Shown here in pieces: positions 51,880 through 64,000 of a stretch of DNA of 64,000 nt. Location: contig NC_092372.1 of assembly GCF_030028105.1 (NCBI RefSeq), positions 128,883,492 through 128,947,491 on the forward strand, in the 5' to 3' direction. The position numbers and the translations under genes were made by a program. Every line of letters begins with the position of its first letter. Within the stretch, counting starts at the first letter, position 1. The stretch is from Mobula birostris. Its lineage: Eukaryota. Below the pieces are notes generated by a model. The model made no database searches, was not told where the DNA came from, and worked only from the letters and a program-made list of their open reading frames with translations.

Positions 51880-52512
51880 CTCCTGGTGAGACCCAACGTA
51901 GATTATGAGATCCCTTCTCTGAACACCTATGTTCCGTCTGCCAGAAAAGGCAGGATCTCCCAGTGCCTACCCATTTTAATTCCACTTCCCATTCCCATTC
52001 CAACATATCAGTCCATGGCCTCCTCTACTGCTGAGATGAGGCCACAGTCAGGCTGGAGGAGCAGCACCTTATATTCCATCCAGCTAGCCTCCAACCCAAT
52101 GGCATGAGCACCAATTTCTTGAAGATCTAGTAATGCCCCCCCATCACCATTCTCCATTCCCTTCTCCCTCTCTCACCTTATCTCCTTACCTTCCCATCAC
52201 CTCCCTCTGGTGCTTCACTCCCTTCTCTTTCTTCCATGACCATTTGTCTTCTCCCATCAGATTCCCCCTTTCTCCAGCCCTGTTTCTCTTTTACCAATTA
52301 ACTTCCCAGCTGTTTACTTCTCCCCTCCTCCTGTCTCGATGACACCTATCACCTTGTATTTCTTCCTCTCCTCCTCCTCCCTCCCCCACCTTCTTATCCT
52401 GACTCCTCATCTTTTTTTTTCTCCAGTTCTGATGAAGAGCTCAAGACATCAACTGTATTCTTTTTCATAGATGCTGCCTGGCCTGCTGAGTTGTTCCAGC
52501 ATTTTGTGTGTG
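51880..52512 (+). mobile_element. Penelope-like 3' end nested in an old Rex1-type fragment (~51620-53070)
   Basis: GETQRRL..EHL..HFNS..QPNGM; CTGATGA relic at ~52428; flanks give KKALQRIYFLQQL and ITVWFG. Confidence 0.8.
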
Positions 52513-54274
52513 CCAGCCATTACTGTCTGGTTTGGTGCAGCATCTTCTCACAGTACACGATACTTACGGCAAACTGTGAGAACAGTGCAAACGATCATTG
52601 GCTGCGGTCTACCATCACTGCAGGCCTTGCATGTGTCTTGGAAGAATCAGCGTGGATGCTACCCTCTCAGCAAACTAACTTTTCCAAAAGCTCCCTTCGG
52701 TAAAGCACTATAGAACTGTTAAAACAAAAACTGAAATGTTTCTTTACCCAGTCAGTTAATCTGATCAACCATTTTAGTTAGCTCATCACCACTCCCCTCT
52801 ATGTATTACCTCAGCCACTGCACTGCACTGTAAATATTCTAAAACACTTTTTATAATGCTACTTATATTGGAAATGCATGCTGGTATTTAAGTATTTGGG
52901 CTTATTTTATTCCATTTCCATACCTTAACCTCTAACTTTATTTTTATACAGTATAATCCTTTATTGTTTGTAATTGTTGAAAGCCATTTATTTTTGTTAC
53001 ATATTACATCAACACACCACAGAAAATCCTAATACATGTAAATATATATAGTGAATAAAGTTAAAGTTAATTTCTGGACTATTGTTTGGTATATTTCTGG
53101 CAAAGATTGGTATGTTCACACTTAATGCTGTAACCATTGCGACGAATGTCCTAGCTCACACCACAATGTGCATGTGTGCCTTGGTTGCTGCAGCAAACAG
53201 CAAGTATTACAGAGCCAAATTAATAATTAAGAGATTTCATTAGGATGCAGATATGGTATGCTACAATGTTCGAGGCAACTGAGCTTGATAGAAAGGACAT
53301 GGGAGTTGTCGTAATGAGCTCTTCGGGCTGTGTGGGGCACCAGAGAGCACTGAACGCCATGGTTTCTAGAGCACCTGATTTGGTTAATTGTTGATTAATG
53401 AGAGTCGTTAATCATTTAGAGTTCGTTGTGTTTTTCTCAGCGACTCGCTCTTTGTAATGTGGTCTCGTAGTGCCTTCTGTTTAAACTTGTTAAGTTTAGT
53501 TTGATTGCCTCAGGGATTCCATCTAACTTGTGTTATTTCAGCAGATGTCTCATTAGTGCCAATGACTGGGCCCGAGTATTGTGCATGTTACTTCTCGCAG
53601 TGTCACTCGGCCGAGCCACCAATGTTTTGTTGGAGTTCTGAAGAACAAACTCTGATCACCATCTCTACGTTGGAGTCCATCTTTCAAAGAATTGGGTTCT
53701 GACTTTGCCAGCGTACATCGTGGCAGTAGTGTGGTCAAACTAATTTCTGGATGAGCTCAACCTTGAATTTCTGAGCTTTGGCTCCAGCCCCAGGGTCTGC
53801 TTGAGAACCCTGTGAAATCTTTTCAAGATTTCAGGTCACATTACTTCATCTTCAGATGATTCCAATGTACCAATTCATCTAAAACCAAATCCAGCTTTAA
53901 TTTTCTAGAACTTGCTGTTCATGAATCTTTTTGTTTTGCCTCCAAATATATTTAAAGATAATATTTTCATTTCAGAGATAAAATCTTAGTGTTCAATCTA
54001 TTATCTCCAGAATTCTCTTCCTAAATCCCACTGCTTTGCTCTGTTAGAAGTCACTTCCAAATGTTTCAAACGCAAATCCTCAATCTTCTGTCCAACACGG
54101 CTAGCTTTCACCTTGATCTTAAGGCATTGAGTACCTGTGAGAACCGGGTGGACGACAGTGGTCACAGACATTTAAGATTAGATGTAGAAGGCTACAGCCC
54201 ATAAGCCGAAAGGTTTGATACAGGTTAGTGTGGGTGTCGTGGGACTCTGAAGAATAATCTGCTGTGTCCAGTTC

Positions 54275-54800
54275 TGATAATTGTGTGCAGTTTTGGTCAC
54301 CTGCCTAGAGGAAAGATATCAGTAAGATTGAAAAAGTACAGAGAAAATTTACAAGTATGTTGCCAGGACTTGAGGACCTAAGTTATGGGGAATGGTTGAA
54401 TAGGTTAGGACTTCATTCCCTGGAGCATAGGAGAATGAAGAGAGATTTGATAAAGGTGTAAAAAATCATGAGGGTATAGATAGAGTAAATGCAAGCAGTC
54501 TTTTTCCATGAGGTTGGGTGACACTAGAATGAGAGGTCATGGGTTAAGGATGAAGTGTGAAATATTTCAGGGGAACCTGAGGGGGAACTTCTTTATTCAC
54601 TGGGTGATGAGAGTGTGGAATGAACTGCTCATGGGAGTGGGTGATATGGGTTTGATTCCAACATTTAAGAGATGTTAAGCTAAGTACATGGATGGGAGGG
54701 GTATGGAGGGGTATGGTACAGATAAGCAGAATAACAGTTTGGCATGGACTAGATGGGCCAAAAATCCTGTTTCTGTGATGCAGTGCTCTTTAACTCTACA
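54275..54800 (+). mobile_element. CR1 3' end
   Basis: CVQFWSP..KDISKIEKVQRKFTSMLPGLEDLSY..RRMKRDLIK. Confidence 0.85.
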
Positions 54801-57194
54801 ACTTCTGCAATATGAAACTGTCACTTTAAAACAGCATCCCCTATTGCTGCCTCAATAAATTGAGATTGGCCACGATGGCTGAACTTTTATACCATTTAAG
54901 GCTCCTGCAGGCAATGTTACTTTGAGCAATAGAGAGTCCTCCCCCTGTAGTGGCTGAGTTTAGTCAATCTGAAATTCTATTTATGTACCATTCTATTAAT
55001 GTATGTCACCATTGATGACTTGCTTAAAATGTTATTCAGGATTTTGTTTGGGTCTTCTGAACAACTGCAATACATTTGCTGGTTGTGTTTTAAGTTTATG
55101 GAGGAGGCTGCCCTGTGGAATCAATCTTCAATCATAAGCTTTCCTCAAAACAAAACTCCAACTTAAGTAATAATAGTCATTAAAACTTTCCTTCCATCGG
55201 TTCTGAGGTGGCATATGTTACCAAATTACCTGGGAAAGTGCTCCCCATTTCAAAATACACTGGATTGCATTCATCCATGCTTGACAATCTACATTTGCTG
55301 AAAGGCAAGCAATTGCTCGAATTTTAATTTCACACTTTCTTGTTCCAACTCCTCTTCCCAATGCTGGATTTCTTGTGTTTCTAATTTCCTCTTGTTCAAC
55401 CCCTTCCCTTCTTTATACTCACGACTGGCAAATGTATCTTCTACTGTCTGGATCCCCGCTCCGGAATTTCTCACCTAAAACTCTCTATCTCCTTACCACA
55501 ACGGAATCTGCCACTGTCCCACATCAGACTTCATTCTCAACATCTGTCTCCTTAAATGATTACATTCTCTAAGAATTCCAAGAGATCTTGCAAAACTAAT
55601 GATGTTACATATGGAAGGGGCTGGCTGCCAAAACTATTAAGCAGTACCCTAGAATGCTGCAGTGCTTCAAACCAGTTTTCTTCCCAACAGTAAAATATTG
55701 GTTCTGAGAGCAGTTGCTGGAGGTCAAAGTTCACCCAGCACCCTGTATCATGAAGAGTGAAAGCAGTATCCATGGTCACAGAAATTGGCTGATCCAGGTC
55801 TGGAACACTGGTCCAAAAAGAAGAATGTTACGTTGAGAATCAACACAGAACCTGATTCAAGCTGACTCCAAATTAAGAGTTCTTCCAAGTAAGAGGTCTT
55901 CATGACCTTCAGTCTACAATTCATCAGTCACAATCTTTGCTTCTACCATTTACCTCAAAACATTGACAATAGTGAAATCAGGCAGGATCCTTTCACAGGG
56001 ACACTGCAAGATATAGGAGCAGGAGTAGGCCATTCAGCCCATTGAGTCTGCTCCGCTATTTCCTCGTGGTTGATCTATTTCCCTCTCAGTTCCAACTCCT
56101 GCCTTCTCCCCATATCCTTTCATGCCCTATCTGGCCCTATGTGGCCTCTTTCTGTGAGGCCAGGTGCCTGTGCTCACTGTTCTGTATCCATACAATTAGT
56201 GAGCGCTAGATCCCTACAGCCAATATTCTATGCGTGTTGAAATTAAATAAACAATGGGAAGTTCCTTTCAGGTACTGTAACATTTGGTATGAGACTCCAC
56301 AATTGAATAATAAATCCAGAAATTTTATAATTTTGGTGACAATGAACAAAGGAATAAGCTTATTTTTTTCCTTAATATTACCTACCATCCCAGTTTTCAG
56401 ATGCAAGGAAGATTTATTTTTAAATGACCTATCAGATAGCATTCATACAAAGCTAATCACTATATGTTACTAATTTCAGTATTGCTTTAACAGTCCATTA
56501 AGCTCTACCTTCAGGCTTGTCAGCTGCCAAGAGTCTCAAAGCATTTGATGGACTGCAGTATTCACAAACACTTATAATTTTTAATAGTTTTTGAATAATT
56601 TTCAATCACTTCAAAAGTAGAATTTAAATACAAGATAAAAAGAGACCAGGAATGATTTGAAGTAATTATATTTAAGTTTACAATTAATTACACACAAGTA
56701 ACTCGATTGCATAAAAGAACAGGGTAAAGTTCTCAAATAATCCTAATCCACTTCTTCTCTGCTGAACTGAACAAAGCCTCTGGGCCAGTGGCAGTTCAGA
56801 CCTGGCATGGATTCAGTGGGCAGATTTCCCAGCATTAGAGCCGGCAGCTTGCACCCTGTTGCTGCATCCGAGGTACGCAGTTAGGTGCACGGCTGGAACG
56901 ATAATCGCAGGAAATCCAGCACTTCAAGCAAGTGGCCTTTGGAAACGATTCAGTTTGTTAATCTGGATTCCCAAGCCTCACTCACCCTACAGGAACAAGA
57001 TATATTCTTTATTTTGGTGGTAGGACTAAGACTTGCAGTGGCATGCAAGAGGAGTTCATTCTGTTTACTACATCCACAGCATTTCCTAGGAGAACAGCCC
57101 CATTAGTCCCATTTCCCTCTCCTTATTTCCCTGTACCCTTGTAACTTTCTCTCTGTCTCACACAGGTCTGAGGGCTACTCTTTTCCCAATTATC

Positions 57195-59100
57195 TGTTGA
57201 GTTGTGTTCACTTGGGCTATGTAAGTATTTGGTAGATATGCGTACTTTTCCTGTTACAGGCATGCATGTGAGGGGGGAACGAGAGATTGTGGGGATAATC
57301 GGCGACGGCCCTCATCTATTGAACAGAGGCATTGAAAGTAAAGTTGCTTAAACAAAAGAAAATCTTGTCTTTGTTGTCTGAATGTTAACAGTTGTAGCAG
57401 ATTATGGCTTCCAATTATAGGATCCCGCCAGCATTTGACAAGAGCAAGCCTTACAAAAAAGCCAGAAAAATCAAACTGGAATATGAATTCATGTTATGGA
57501 GCTTGAAAAGAACAAGCAGGCCCATGCAGTTGTGCTGTTGCTTTCATGAAGTGCGAGAGATATCGTGATGGGAATTTCGGTAGAAGACTTGAACAAAGAT
57601 GACGTTATGAATACGCTAATAAATACACTTGACTATGTTTTTTTGAAGGAGAAAAGGGATTGGATTTATGAGGCATATTCAGACTTTGACAGAATTCCCA
57701 GGGACAGCTCTAGAAATTTGGCCGATGTTCTAGCTCCCGCTATACTTCAGTACGCTACAGGGCTGCACAGGCCCCAATTGCCCGACTTCAGGCCGAATCG
57801 GGACATACCAAGATGCAACCGATTGGCAAGCTCCAAGAATGGGAGCACGGCGTCATACAGAAGTGCAGTTTCTGAGTGTCCCTGTGGATCAAAGATCCTG
57901 ATAAGACCCTGGAAAGGAAAACAGAGACATTAGGATAGGAAGGATTTAACTGTTTCACAGATGAGAAGTTGCCCACTGGTGCCATCATTAGCTCTGCCCA
58001 TCGAAAGGGGGCTTTGCTGTTGCTGACAATGGTGGATGGTGAGAATGCTGATGCTTTATGCTAGAATAAGTGGGGGAGGGGGAAGAGGAGGGTTGATGCT
58101 GCTTTTGTGTGGGAGGACTTCTTCTATTTCGAGGATGTCTATGGAGAGTTTCCGGTTATACATTGTATGCATTCTCCAACATTAAATGGAACAGTTGAAC
58201 TATTGAACTATTGATTACGTTATAGATTTTGAACAAAAGTACAGTCGGATACGTAAAATACAAAATGGAACTTCCTGATGCAGTATTAGCTTTTAAATTG
58301 TTGGATACTGCATGTATAGACATAAAGGACAGACAGCTTACATTAACTGCATGAACAGAACTTACAATTGCATCTATGAAATCAGCACTGAGGAGGATGT
58401 TTTGGAGAAAAGGCCAAAGACAACAATTGGAATAAGTTTTAGTCAGGAAACGGCATACTTGACTGAGCAGAAACAACAGTATAGCACGCATAGATCCCAG
58501 GGGGACCAGGTAAGGGTACCATTATCTGGCACAAGTCCAATACACAAGTACGACAGGAGATTGAAATGTGTGGTGTGTCAAAGTATTTACCGCTGGCAAG
58601 AAACTGTCCTCACCAAACTGAGGACAGTAAGGTTAACTGAAGAAAATAACAAAATCTGAAGATGTAGAAGAGTGCAATATCACATTGTTTGCAAAGGAGT
58701 CACTTACTAGTGCGGAGACATCTGAGGCAGAGTTTTTGATGATAGAATCTCTAGGATCTGTTGTTCTTGATATAGCATGCACATACACAGTGTGTGCAGA
58801 AAAATGGCTTGAAAGCTATGCAAGTGCAGAAACTGGTGAACTCAGATACACCCAGTAGCAAAGCATTTAAACTTGGAGATGGAAAAATTGTACATTCCAC
58901 CTAAGGAGTGAAAATTCCCACAAAAATAGGGCAGACAAAATGTTGCATCGAAACGGAGGTGGTACAAGTGAACATTCTGTTACTCTGGAGTAAAACCTCC
59001 CTAAAGAAAGCAGGATTAGTACTGGATATGGAGGTGACCAAGGCAGTGTCTCATGAGCTCCTCAGCTCTAGACACTACTGTGTGAACATTCTTCTGCCTA
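57195..59100 (+). mobile_element. LTR retrotransposon 5' relic (LTR, PBS, gag, protease), probably Copia GalEa-like
   Basis: 196-bp LTR TGTT..AACA (57195-57390); PBS TTGTAGCAGA resembling TGGTAGCAGA (tRNAi-Met); ATG at 57404 MASNYRIPPAFDKSKPY; ISVEDLNKDD..YEAYSDFD; YKMELPDAVLAFKLLD; CVVCQSIY knuckle; protease VVLDIACTYTVC..FKLGDG. Confidence 0.8.
57711..58206 (+). mobile_element. Non-autonomous element inserted in the gag ORF
   Basis: Interrupts gag between FDRIPRDS and DYVIDFEQKY; 3' part resembles ~39930-40180; tail TTGAACTATTGAAC. Confidence 0.65.
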
Positions 59101-59104
59101 TTAC

Positions 59105-62063
59105 GGAAGGTGAGCAGGAGGTAGATAGGAGCTAAAAGGAGTTAGTCACCCCAAGGCTGCAGGAGTTAGATAAGTGGGTGATTGTCAGGGAAGGGATGGG
59201 AAGAGCTCAGATAGTAGAGAACACCCCTGTGACCATCCCCCTCAGGAATCGTTACCTTGTTTTGGATGCTGTTGAGAGGGTGATCTGAGAGGGGACGACC
59301 ACTGCGATCAGGTCTCTGGCACAGAGCCTGGTTCCATGGTGCAGAAGGGAGAGAAGAAGATGAGAAATGTGGTAGTCATAGGGGATTCCACTATGAGAGG
59401 AACAGACAGGAGATTCTGTCAGCCTGATAGAGATACTGCATGGTGTGTTGCCTCCCAGGTGCCAGGGTATGGGATGTCTCGGATTGGGTGCAGAGTATTC
59501 TGAAGGGAGAGGGTCAACAGCCAGAGTTTTGGTACACGTTGGTACTAATGACATAGGGAGAAAAAGGGAGGAGGTCCTGAAGAGAGAATTCAGGGAGTTG
59601 GGTAGGAAGCTGAAAAGCAGGACCTCCAGGGTAATAATCTCAGGATTGTTGCCTGTGCCACATGCTAATGAACACAAGAATAGCATTATCAGGCATATTA
59701 ATGCGTGGCTGAGAGACTGATGTAGGGGACAGGGCTTTGAGTTCCTGGATCACTGGGGTCTCTTCTGGCAGAGGTATGACCTATACGAGAAGGGCGGTTT
59801 ACATCTGAACCCAAAGGGGTCCAATATCCGAGCAGGCAGCTTTAATAGAGCTCTTAGGGAGGGATTAAACTAATTTGGCAGTGGGATGGGAACCGGAATG
59901 ATAGGGTTGATGAAGGGGAAAACAGAAGTAAATCAAAGATAATGTGCAACAGAGATGATAGAAAGGACAGGCAGGAGATGAGGCATAATCAGAACTGGTG
60001 GGATGAGTTACAGGGCAATAGAGGCGTGGTGCAGTTAAAACAGAAAGCAACAAATACTGGACAGAAAGTCCTGACGAAGGGTCTCGGCCTGAAACGTTGA
60101 CTGCACCTCTTCCTAGAGATGCTGCCTGGCCTGCTGCGTTCACCAGCAACTTTTATGTGTGTTGCTGGACAGAAAGCGTTGCATTTGAAATTCAGTTACA
60201 GATTGGCAAGTATGATTTTGTGGCCATCTCTGAAACTTGGCTGAAGGATGGCTGCCATTGGGAGTTGAATGTCCAAGGATATACAGTGTATCAGAAAGAT
60301 GGGTTAGGAGGCAGAGGAGGTGGTGTGGCCCTGTGTATAAAAAATAATATTAAATCATTAGGAAGGAATGACATAGGATTGGAAGGTGTAGAGTCTCTAT
60401 GGATTGAGTTAAGAAATGGAAAGGGTAAAAGGACCCGAATGGCAGTTGTATGCAGGCCGCCAAACAGCAGCCGGGATGAAGATTACAATTACAGCAAGAG
60501 ATAGAAAAGGCATGTCAGAAAGGTAATGACATGATAATTGTTGGGGATTTTAACATGAAAGTGGATTGGGAAAACCAGGCCAGTACTGGACCTCAAGAGA
60601 GAGAATTTGTAGAATGTCCAAGGGATGGCTTTTTAGAACAGCTTTTTGTTGAGCCCACTAGGGGATCGGCTGTGCTGGATTGGGTGTTGTGCAATGATCT
60701 GGAGGTGATAAAAGAGCTTAACGTTAAGGAACCCTTAGGGAACAGTGGTCACAATATGATCAAATTCACTTTGAAATTTGAGAAGGAGAAACTAAATTCC
60801 AATGTGTCAGTATTCCAATGGAATAAAGGAAATTACAATGACATGAGAGGGGAACTGACCAAGGTTGAATGGAAAGGGACACTAGCAGGAAGGTCAGCAG
60901 AATGGCAATGGCTGGAGTTTCTGCGAAAATGAGGGAAGTGCAAGGCAGATATATTCCAAATAAGAAAAAAATTTCGAATGGAAGATGAACACTACTGTGG
61001 CTGACAAGTGGAATCAGAGTCAAAGTAAAAGCAAAAGAGGGGGCATACAAGGAAGCCAAAGCTTGTGGGAAGATAGAGGATTGGGGAGATATTAAAAACT
61101 TGCAGATGGAAACTAAAAAGGTCATTAGGAAGGAAAAGATGAATGATAAAAGGAAGCTGGTGACTAATATCAAAGAACATACTAAAAGCTTTTTTTAAGT
61201 ATATAAAGAGTAAAAGAGAGTTGAGGGTAGATATAGGACCAATAGAAAATAATGCTGGAGGTATTGTAATGAAAGACACAGAGGTGGCAGAGGAGCTGAA
61301 TGTATTTTGCATCAGTCTTCATGGTGGAAGACATCTGTAGTATACCAGACATTCAAGAGTGTCAGGGAAGTAAATTATGTGCAGTGAAAACTACAATTGA
61401 GAAGGTGCTCAGGAAGCTTAATGGTCTGAGGGTGGATAAATCTCCTGGACCTGATGGAATGCACCCTTTGGTTCTGAAGGAGGTAGCTGGAGAGATTGCA
61501 GAGACATTAACAATGATCTTTCAAGAATTGATAGATTCTGGCATTGTACCGGATGATTGAAAAATTGCAACTGTTACTCTGCTATTTAAGAAGGGTGGGA
61601 GGCAGCAGAAAGGAAACTATAGACCTGTTACCCCGACATCAGTGGTTGGGAAGTTGTTGGAATCGATTATTACGGATGAGATAATGGAATACCTGCAGGC
61701 ACATGACAAGATAGGCCAAAGCCAGCATGGTTTCTTGAAAGAAAAATTCTGCCTGACTAACATACTGCAATTTTTTGAGGAGATTACAAACAGGGTAGAC
61801 AAAGGAAATGCAGTAGATGTGGTGTACTTGGACATAGAGAAGGCTTTTGATAAGATGCCACACATGAGGCTGTTTAGCAAGATAAGAGCCCATGGAATTA
61901 CAGGGGAGTTACTAGCATGGGTGGACCATTGGCTGACCAGCAGAAAACAGAGAGTGGGAATAAAGGGATCCTATTCTGACTGGCCACCGGTTACCAGTGG
62001 AGTTCCTCAGGGGTCGGTGTTGGGACCGCTGCTTTTTACAATGTATGTCAATGATTTGGACTA
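59105..62063 (+). mobile_element. CR1 LINE (ORF1 esterase, APE, RT), decayed
   Basis: [80 protein letters not shown]. Confidence 0.93.
60067..60164 (+). mobile_element. ~96-bp hammerhead-bearing PLE mini-insert in the CR1 endonuclease region
   Basis: 12-bp TSD CTGGACAGAAAG (60057-68 / 60165-76); AGTC-CTGACGA-AGGGTCTCGGCCT-GAAAC-GTT-GACT. Confidence 0.88.
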
Positions 62064-64000
62064 TGAAGGGTAGGGAAAGGAAGAGGAGGGCAGTTGTAAT
62101 AGGGGACTCAATAGTACGGGGGTCAGATAGGCGATTCTGTGGACACAGTCCAGAGACCCGGATGGTAGTTTGCCTCCTTGGTGCCAGGGTCCGGGATATT
62201 CCTGATCGTGTCCAAGATATCCTGAAGTGGGAGGGTGAGGAGCCAGAGGTCGTGGTACATATAGGTACCAATGACATAGGTAGGAAAGGGGAAGAGGTCC
62301 TGAAAGGAGAATATAGGGAGCTAAGAAGGGAGTTGAGAAAAAGGACTGCAAAAGTAGTAATCTTGGGATTACTGCCTGTGCCACGCGACAGTGAGAGTAG
62401 GAATGCGATGAGGTGGGGGATAAATGCGTGGCTGAGGGATTGCAGCAGGGGGCAGGGATTCAAGTTTTTGGATCATTGGGACCTCTTTTGGCGCAGGCGT
62501 GACCTGTACAAAAAGGACAGGTTACACTTGAATCCGAGGGGGACCAATATCCTGGCAGGGAGATTAGCGAAGGCTACTGAGGTGACTTTAAACTAGAATG
62601 GTTGGGGGGTGGGAATCAAATTAAAGAGGCTAGGCGAGAGGAGGTTAGTTCACAACAGGGGGATGGGAACCAGTGCAGAGAGACAGAGGGGTGTAAAATG
62701 AGGGTAGAAGCAAAAAGTAGTAAGGTGAAAAGTAAAAGTGGCAGGCTGACAAATCCAGGGCAAGCATCAAAAAGGGCCACTTTTCAACATAATTGTATAA
62801 GGGCTAAGAGAGTTGTAAAAGCACGCCTGAAGGCTTTGTGTGTCAATGCAAGGAGCATTCGTAACAAGGTGGATGAATTGAAAGTGCAGATTGTTATTAA
62901 TGAATATGATATAGTTGGGATCACAGGGACATGGCTCCAGGGTGACCAAGGATGGGAGCTCAACATTCAGGGATATTCAATATACAGGAGGGATAGACAT
63001 GAAAGAAAAGGAGGTGGGGTGGCGCTGCTGGTTAGAGAGGAGATTAACACAATAGAAAGGAAGGACATAATCCGGGAGGATGTGGAATCGATATGGGTAG
63101 AGCTGCATAACACTAAGGGGCAGAAAACGCTGGTGGGAGTTGTATACAGGCCACCTAAAAGTAGTAGTGAGGTTGGGGATGGTATTAAACAGGAAATTAG
63201 AAATGTGTGCAATAAAGGAACAGCAGTTATAATGGGTGACTTCAATCTACATGTAGATTAGGTGAACCAAATTGTAAGGGTGCTGAGGAAGAGGATTTCT
63301 TGGAATGTATGCGGGATGGTTTTTTGAACCAACATGTCGAGGAACCAACTAGACAGCAGCCTATTCTAGACTGGGTATTGAGCAATGAGGAAGGGTTAAT
63401 TAGCAATCTTGTCGTGAGAGGCCCCTTGGGTAAGAGTGACCATAATACGGTGGAATTCTTCATTAAGATGGAGAGTGACATAGTTAATTCAGAAACAAAG
63501 GTTCTGAACTTAAAGAAGGGTAACTTTGAAGGTATGAGACGTGAATTAGCTAAGAAAGACTGGCAAATGACACTTAAAGGATTGACGGTGGATACGCAAT
63601 GGCAAGCATTTAAAGATCGCATGGATGAACTACAACAATTGTTCATCCCAGTTTGGCAAAAGAATACATCAAGGAAGGTAGTACACCCATGGCTGACAAG
63701 GGAAATTAGGGATAGTATCAATTCCAAAGAAGAAGCATACAAATTAGCCAGAAAAAGTTGCTCACCTGAGGACTGGGAGAAATTCAGAGTTCAGCAGAGG
63801 AGGACAAAGGGCTTAATTAGGAAGGGGAGAAAAGATTATGAGAGAAAACTGGCAGGGAACATAAAAACTGACTGTAAAAGCTTTTATAGATATATGAAAA
63901 CAAAAAGATTGGTTAAGACAAATGTAGGTCCCCTACAGACAGAAACAGGTGAATTGATTATGGGGAGCAAGGACATTGCAGACCAATTGAATAATTACTT
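62064..64000 (+). mobile_element. Younger 5'-truncated CR1 LINE (ORF1 esterase, stop at 62596; ORF2 APE from ~62830), runs off the window
   Basis: AVVIGDSIVRG..PEVVVHIGTNDIG..LHLNPRGTNILA; VNARSIRNKVDEL, GGGVALLV, VVYRPP, MGDFN, LDWVLSN, KSDH; premature stop at 63259. Confidence 0.95.

Noticed and set aside
53550-54120. Possible L1/Tx1 ORF1 relic on the minus strand
   Set aside because: Only a vague compositional resemblance; no diagnostic motif could be read
55030-55560. Glu-rich minus-strand ORF, possibly an old Gypsy gag
   Set aside because: Too degenerate to assign
1-64000. ORF-track entries as host genes
   Set aside because: All recognisable ones are transposon fragments or their antisense frames; no coherent multi-exon gene could be assembled

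Overview
Repeat-dense vertebrate genomic DNA with no recognisable host protein-coding exon. It is most likely from a cartilaginous fish, probably a ray; this is inferred from the V-domain/HE1-type tRNA SINEs together with dominant CR1, Rex1/Babar and Penelope families. Most of the window is nested, decayed transposons: CR1 LINEs (PHD/esterase ORF1, APE-RT ORF2), Rex1/Babar LINEs, Penelope-like elements (PLEs) whose pseudo-LTRs carry minimal hammerhead ribozymes, SINEs, mariner/hAT/Harbinger derivatives, LTR relics, a Copia-type LTR-gag-protease relic and a class III (ERV-L/Fv1-like) gag relic. The main finding is at 41797-43350. It is a single TSD-flanked PLE insertion carrying a ~550-bp piece of an R2 retrotransposon (CCHC + restriction-like endonuclease) with no 28S rDNA nearby, joined to the PLE pseudo-LTR exactly at the predicted hammerhead cleavage site. 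Other notable items are TSD-flanked hammerhead mini-elements, a 525-bp mariner palindrome with four TIRs, a head-to-head telomeric tract inside a LINE and a hAT element using a cryptic end. All calls come from reading and hand-translating the sequence; no database search was run, and boundaries of old repeats are approximate.
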